The notes under the pieces were generated by a model. It was not told where the DNA came from. It saw only the letters and a program-made list of their open reading frames with translations, and searched no databases. The translations under genes and the position numbers were made by a program. Of a stretch of 43,061 nt of DNA, positions 39,705 through 43,061 are shown piece by piece. This stretch comes from Gloeobacterales cyanobacterium (GTDB lineage: Bacteria; Cyanobacteriota; Cyanobacteriia; Gloeobacterales; PMM-0068). Numbering within the stretch: position 1 is the stretch's first letter; each line of letters starts with the position of its first letter. The DNA is taken from assembly GCA_038245785.1 (NCBI GenBank), contig JBBRSB010000037.1:1-43061 (forward strand), read 5' to 3'.

Positions 39705-40793
39705 ATGGTTAATGCTACAGTCGTACAAGAGAAGGCTGCCAGCACAACTTACTCCTTTCGATATTATCCCCAATTGGATGGACTTCGAGCTGTTGCTATC
39801 ACCTGTGTATTGATAGAGCATGAGTTAAGTCAAACACTTAATATTTCAGGATGGAATAATTTTGGCAGCCTTGGCGTTATGCTCTTCTTTGTGCTTAGTG
39901 GTTTTCTAATTACAGGTCTTCTAGACAAAGAAGACATTAAGACAGGAACTATTGATCTAAAAGCATTTTACATCCGCAGAGCACTCAGAATTTTTCCTGC
40001 TTTTTTTGTGATGATTGCTGTGACTTCTTTACTAATTTCGGTGAGATTGGTGACAGATGTCTCATGGCTTAGTGTGATAGCTTGCTGTCTCTATATTCGA
40101 AATATTGTGGGCAGTGGAGATACTCTGGGTCATACTTGGTCTCTGTCACTGGAGGAGCAGTTCTATTTATTTTGGCCTCCAACCATGAAATGGTTAGGTC
40201 AACAAAAAGCTCTTCAGTTTGCTATTGTTTCTATAGCTTTTATAACAAGTTGGCGAACCATAGTTCTTCTTATCCACAAAGAATACGAACCTACCTTTGT
40301 TGCAAGACCTGATATGCGTTTTGATTCCATGCTCATTGGTTGCTGTATCGCTTTATTCTTAAGTCAATATCCCTTAACTACTTTTCTCCAAGAAAAGATT
40401 TCGCGCTTTTCCCATCCTCTCTGGATAGCCCCGTCCTTAATCCTTTGGACGCAGCTAGGAGATAAAATTCCTCATGCTGGACTTCTCTATATAACGATCC
40501 AAATGTTTCTAGTCGCTGCTTTAATCCTCAACTTAATAGTTATGGGAAAAAGTGTTTTTATTACTTGGCTATCCCATCCTTGGCTTGTATTCATCGGCAA
40601 ACTTTCCTACTCCATTTATTTGTGGCAGCAGATCTTTATCTATACTAAGGACCCAGATTGGGGTTGGGTACGAGCTTTTCCGATGGATTTAATTTTTGCG
40701 ATTGCTGCAGGAGTAGCCTCTTGCTATTTGATTGAACGCCCTTTCCTAAAACTGAAAGATTCATTACCAAGTAGAGCTAAGGCGTCTCAATAG
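39705..40793 (+). CDS. Acyltransferase 3 (OafA-like) membrane protein
   Basis: LDGLRAVA, FFVLSGFLIT, FYIRRALRIFP, HTWSLSLEEQFY, SYSIYLWQ. Confidence 0.93.
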   Translation: MVNATVVQEKAASTTYSFRYYPQLDGLRAVAITCVLIEHELSQTLNISGWNNFGSLGVMLFFVLSGFLITGLLDKEDIKTGTIDLKAFYIRRALRIFPAFFVMIAVTSLLISVRLVTDVSWLSVIACCLYIRNIVGSGDTLGHTWSLSLEEQFYLFWPPTMKWLGQQKALQFAIVSIAFITSWRTIVLLIHKEYEPTFVARPDMRFDSMLIGCCIALFLSQYPLTTFLQEKISRFSHPLWIAPSLILWTQLGDKIPHAGLLYITIQMFLVAALILNLIVMGKSVFITWLSHPWLVFIGKLSYSIYLWQQIFIYTKDPDWGWVRAFPMDLIFAIAAGVASCYLIERPFLKLKDSLPSRAKASQ

Positions 40794-41625
40794 GCAAATC
40801 GGTACGATTTCCCCATTCATTCCAAGAGCCGTCATAGTTACTTAGCTTTTCATAGCCCAAGGTATGCAAAGCGAAGAGCACTGCTGTCGCTGCTACCCCA
40901 CCATTACAGTAAGCAATCGTAGGCTCATTCGGATTCAGAGTCGCAAACATTTCTTTTAGGGCTTCAGGAGATTTGAGCTGACCTGTTTCAGCATCGAATA
41001 GATTCCCTTGGGGAATATTGACTGCTCCTGGAATGTGACCTTTACGGGCAGCACGGGTAATTTCTCCCTGATACTGCTTGGCCGGACGCGCATCAATCAG
41101 CGTAATGTCTTGACGGGTGAGCAATGCGTCAGTCTCCACGCGCCAGGCATCTTGGACCACTGGAGTGAAAACTTTAGGCGTTGGTTTAATGACCTCAGCC
41201 ATAGTTGGATAACCTTTCTGCGTCCATTGCTTCCAGCCTCCATCTAAGACCGAAACGTTGGTGTGGCCGTAATAGCGGAAGACCCACCAAAGACGGGTGG
41301 CATTCTGAGAAGGCCCATGATCGTAGGTGATTACATGCGTATCGGGACCAATTCCCAAACGACTGCCTAGTTCTGCAAAAGCTTCTGGTAGAGCGACTTG
41401 GGAAGATACGGGATCATCAGGGTCGGTGATGTCCTTCGTCCAATCGATGAATAACGCCCCAGGAATATGGGAAATCTGGTACTCATCTTCGGCTGATGAA
41501 TAGATTCCTTTCTGACGCCCCTCTCCGAGGTTTTCGCTTTTCACATAGCCACGGATATCTAGAATCCGTAGGTTGGGGTCGTCTAAATGTTGGCTCAACC
41601 AATCCGCAGAAATGAGGGAATTCAT
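40777..41625 (-). CDS. Two-domain rhodanese sulfurtransferase (SseA-like)
   Basis: HIPGA twice, LDGG, YCNGGVAA, YDGSWNEW. Confidence 0.93.
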   Translation of the reverse strand: MNSLISADWLSQHLDDPNLRILDIRGYVKSENLGEGRQKGIYSSAEDEYQISHIPGALFIDWTKDITDPDDPVSSQVALPEAFAELGSRLGIGPDTHVITYDHGPSQNATRLWWVFRYYGHTNVSVLDGGWKQWTQKGYPTMAEVIKPTPKVFTPVVQDAWRVETDALLTRQDITLIDARPAKQYQGEITRAARKGHIPGAVNIPQGNLFDAETGQLKSPEALKEMFATLNPNEPTIAYCNGGVAATAVLFALHTLGYEKLSNYDGSWNEWGNRTDLPIETP

Positions 41626-41690
41626 AATAGTGAATCGACCTTGAATAACTTCCTTCAAGATAGAGTAGCGGAGCAAGCCAGGATACGCTC

Positions 41691-42872
41691 ATGCGGACTT
41701 TGCAACAGCTTCCCCAAACCGTCTGGGTTTTAGGAATGGTGAGTTTGCTCACCGACATTAGCTCCGAGATGATTCACTCGGTCTTACCCTTATTTCTTGT
41801 TTCGCAGCTAGGAGCAGCCGTTTTAACCGTTGGCCTGATTGAAGGGATTGCTGAAGCGACCGCCTCAGTAGTCAAAGTCTTTTCGGGAGCGTTGAGTGAC
41901 TATCTCGGTAAGCGAAAAGCGCTGGCTGTTCTGGGCTATGGGCTATCTACCTTTGTCAAACCGCTGTTTTTCTTTGCGACTTCTCCTGCCTGGGTCTTGG
42001 TCGCTCGTTTTGCGGACCGAGTAGGTAAAGGGATTCGCGTAGCGCCCAGGGATGCCTTAGTAGCCGATACGACTCCAGTCTCGATGCGGGGTGCTGCCTA
42101 TGGTTTACGACAATCTCTAGACACCGTAGGCGCTTTTCTGGGACCGCTAACCGCCTTTGGTCTACTGGCTATTGCTCCTCAAAACTTTCGGCTAATTTTT
42201 GCGTTGGCCTTAATTCCTGGATTTTTAGCCGTTAGTCTCTTAGTTGCGGGCATCCAAGAACCAGAAGGGAAAACCGCTCAGCCGAAGACCAATCCGCTGC
42301 GCTGGGAAGCCTTAGGAACCCTAGGCTCGAAATACTGGTTTCTCTTGGCCATTGCGCTACTGTTTAATCTGGGCAATTCCAGCGATGCTTTTTTGCTGCT
42401 ACGGGCACAGCAGAGCGGGATTGGGGCAGCCTTTGTGCCCTTGACCCTGGTCGTGATGAACGTCTTTTATTCTTTAAGTGCCTATCCCGCAGGGGTGCTT
42501 TCTGACCGTATAGGCCGACTGGAATTACTAGTCAGTGGATTCTTGATCTACGCCTTGGCCTATTTGGGTTTTGCCTTTGTCCAGCAACCCTGGCAAGTCT
42601 GGGGATTATTTGCACTGTACGGTTTACATTTAGGTCTGAGCCAAGGAATTTTGCTAGCACTGATAGCCGATACCGTCCCCCTTGAACTACGCGGCACAGC
42701 CTTTGGCTTTCTAAATCTAGTGGTTGGCATCGCCCTTTTACCTGCCAGCCTGTTGGCTGGTTATCTCTGGGAATCTGTCGCGCCCAGTGCAACCTTCATC
42801 GCAGGTAGCTTTTTTGCCGTTTTAGCGGTGCTTGGCTTAAGCCTTTATCAGTACAAATTCCGTGCAATTTAG
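41691..42872 (+). CDS. MFS transporter
   Basis: DISSEMIH, DRVGKGIR.APRDAL.AD, GNSSDAFLLLR, about 12 TM helices. Confidence 0.93.
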   Translation: MRTLQQLPQTVWVLGMVSLLTDISSEMIHSVLPLFLVSQLGAAVLTVGLIEGIAEATASVVKVFSGALSDYLGKRKALAVLGYGLSTFVKPLFFFATSPAWVLVARFADRVGKGIRVAPRDALVADTTPVSMRGAAYGLRQSLDTVGAFLGPLTAFGLLAIAPQNFRLIFALALIPGFLAVSLLVAGIQEPEGKTAQPKTNPLRWEALGTLGSKYWFLLAIALLFNLGNSSDAFLLLRAQQSGIGAAFVPLTLVVMNVFYSLSAYPAGVLSDRIGRLELLVSGFLIYALAYLGFAFVQQPWQVWGLFALYGLHLGLSQGILLALIADTVPLELRGTAFGFLNLVVGIALLPASLLAGYLWESVAPSATFIAGSFFAVLAVLGLSLYQYKFRAI

Positions 42873-43061
42873 GACCAATTCTTCGAACGGCCTACCGCCT
42901 ATAAAGTCTCCCAAAGTGCTCAACCCCTTGTATGTTGAGAGTGAGCGGTAAACCGATAACCCCTTGATGCTAAATACTAAATATCGTGACTGAGCCTAGG
43001 TTGCCGCTTACTCCCTCTGAAACCCTTACAGTCGCTTGGGGCCATAACCCCGTATGAGCAA

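Noticed and set aside
2098..42792. Numerous short antisense or alternate-frame ORFs inside identified genes
   Set aside because: Shadow ORFs of well-supported genes, with no motifs of their own.
1..43061. CRISPR array or cas genes
   Set aside because: No regularly spaced direct repeats with unique spacers and no Cas-like ORF were seen.

Overview
Cyanobacterial chromosome segment. The host is probably an early-branching, HIP1-poor lineage such as Gloeobacterales (inference). The window opens with a complete IS5-family element and a small MITE, followed by housekeeping genes (carB, pheA, rpiA, tRNA-His, fabD, pdxA, plsY, leuB) interspersed with accessory genes. The main feature is a ~13.4 kb integrase-free block (20118-33467) carrying a full cyanophycin/arginine pathway: iaaA, a transglutaminase-like gene, DUF2283, DUF4327, argZ/agrE, cphB, cphA and putA. 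It is bracketed by two diverged 77-bp direct copies of the 5' end of a methyltransferase gene, holds 7 of the 8 HIP1 sites I found, and has two NtcA boxes. A second, ~1 kb DUF4142 cassette is bracketed in the same way by two diverged copies of the 3' end of a GNAT gene. Other notable items are three tandem Cu/Zn-SOD domains, a ferrochelatase-like protein with a His-rich tail, and a cluster of GNA-triloop hairpins next to a DUF559 relic. All alignments and counts were done by eye.
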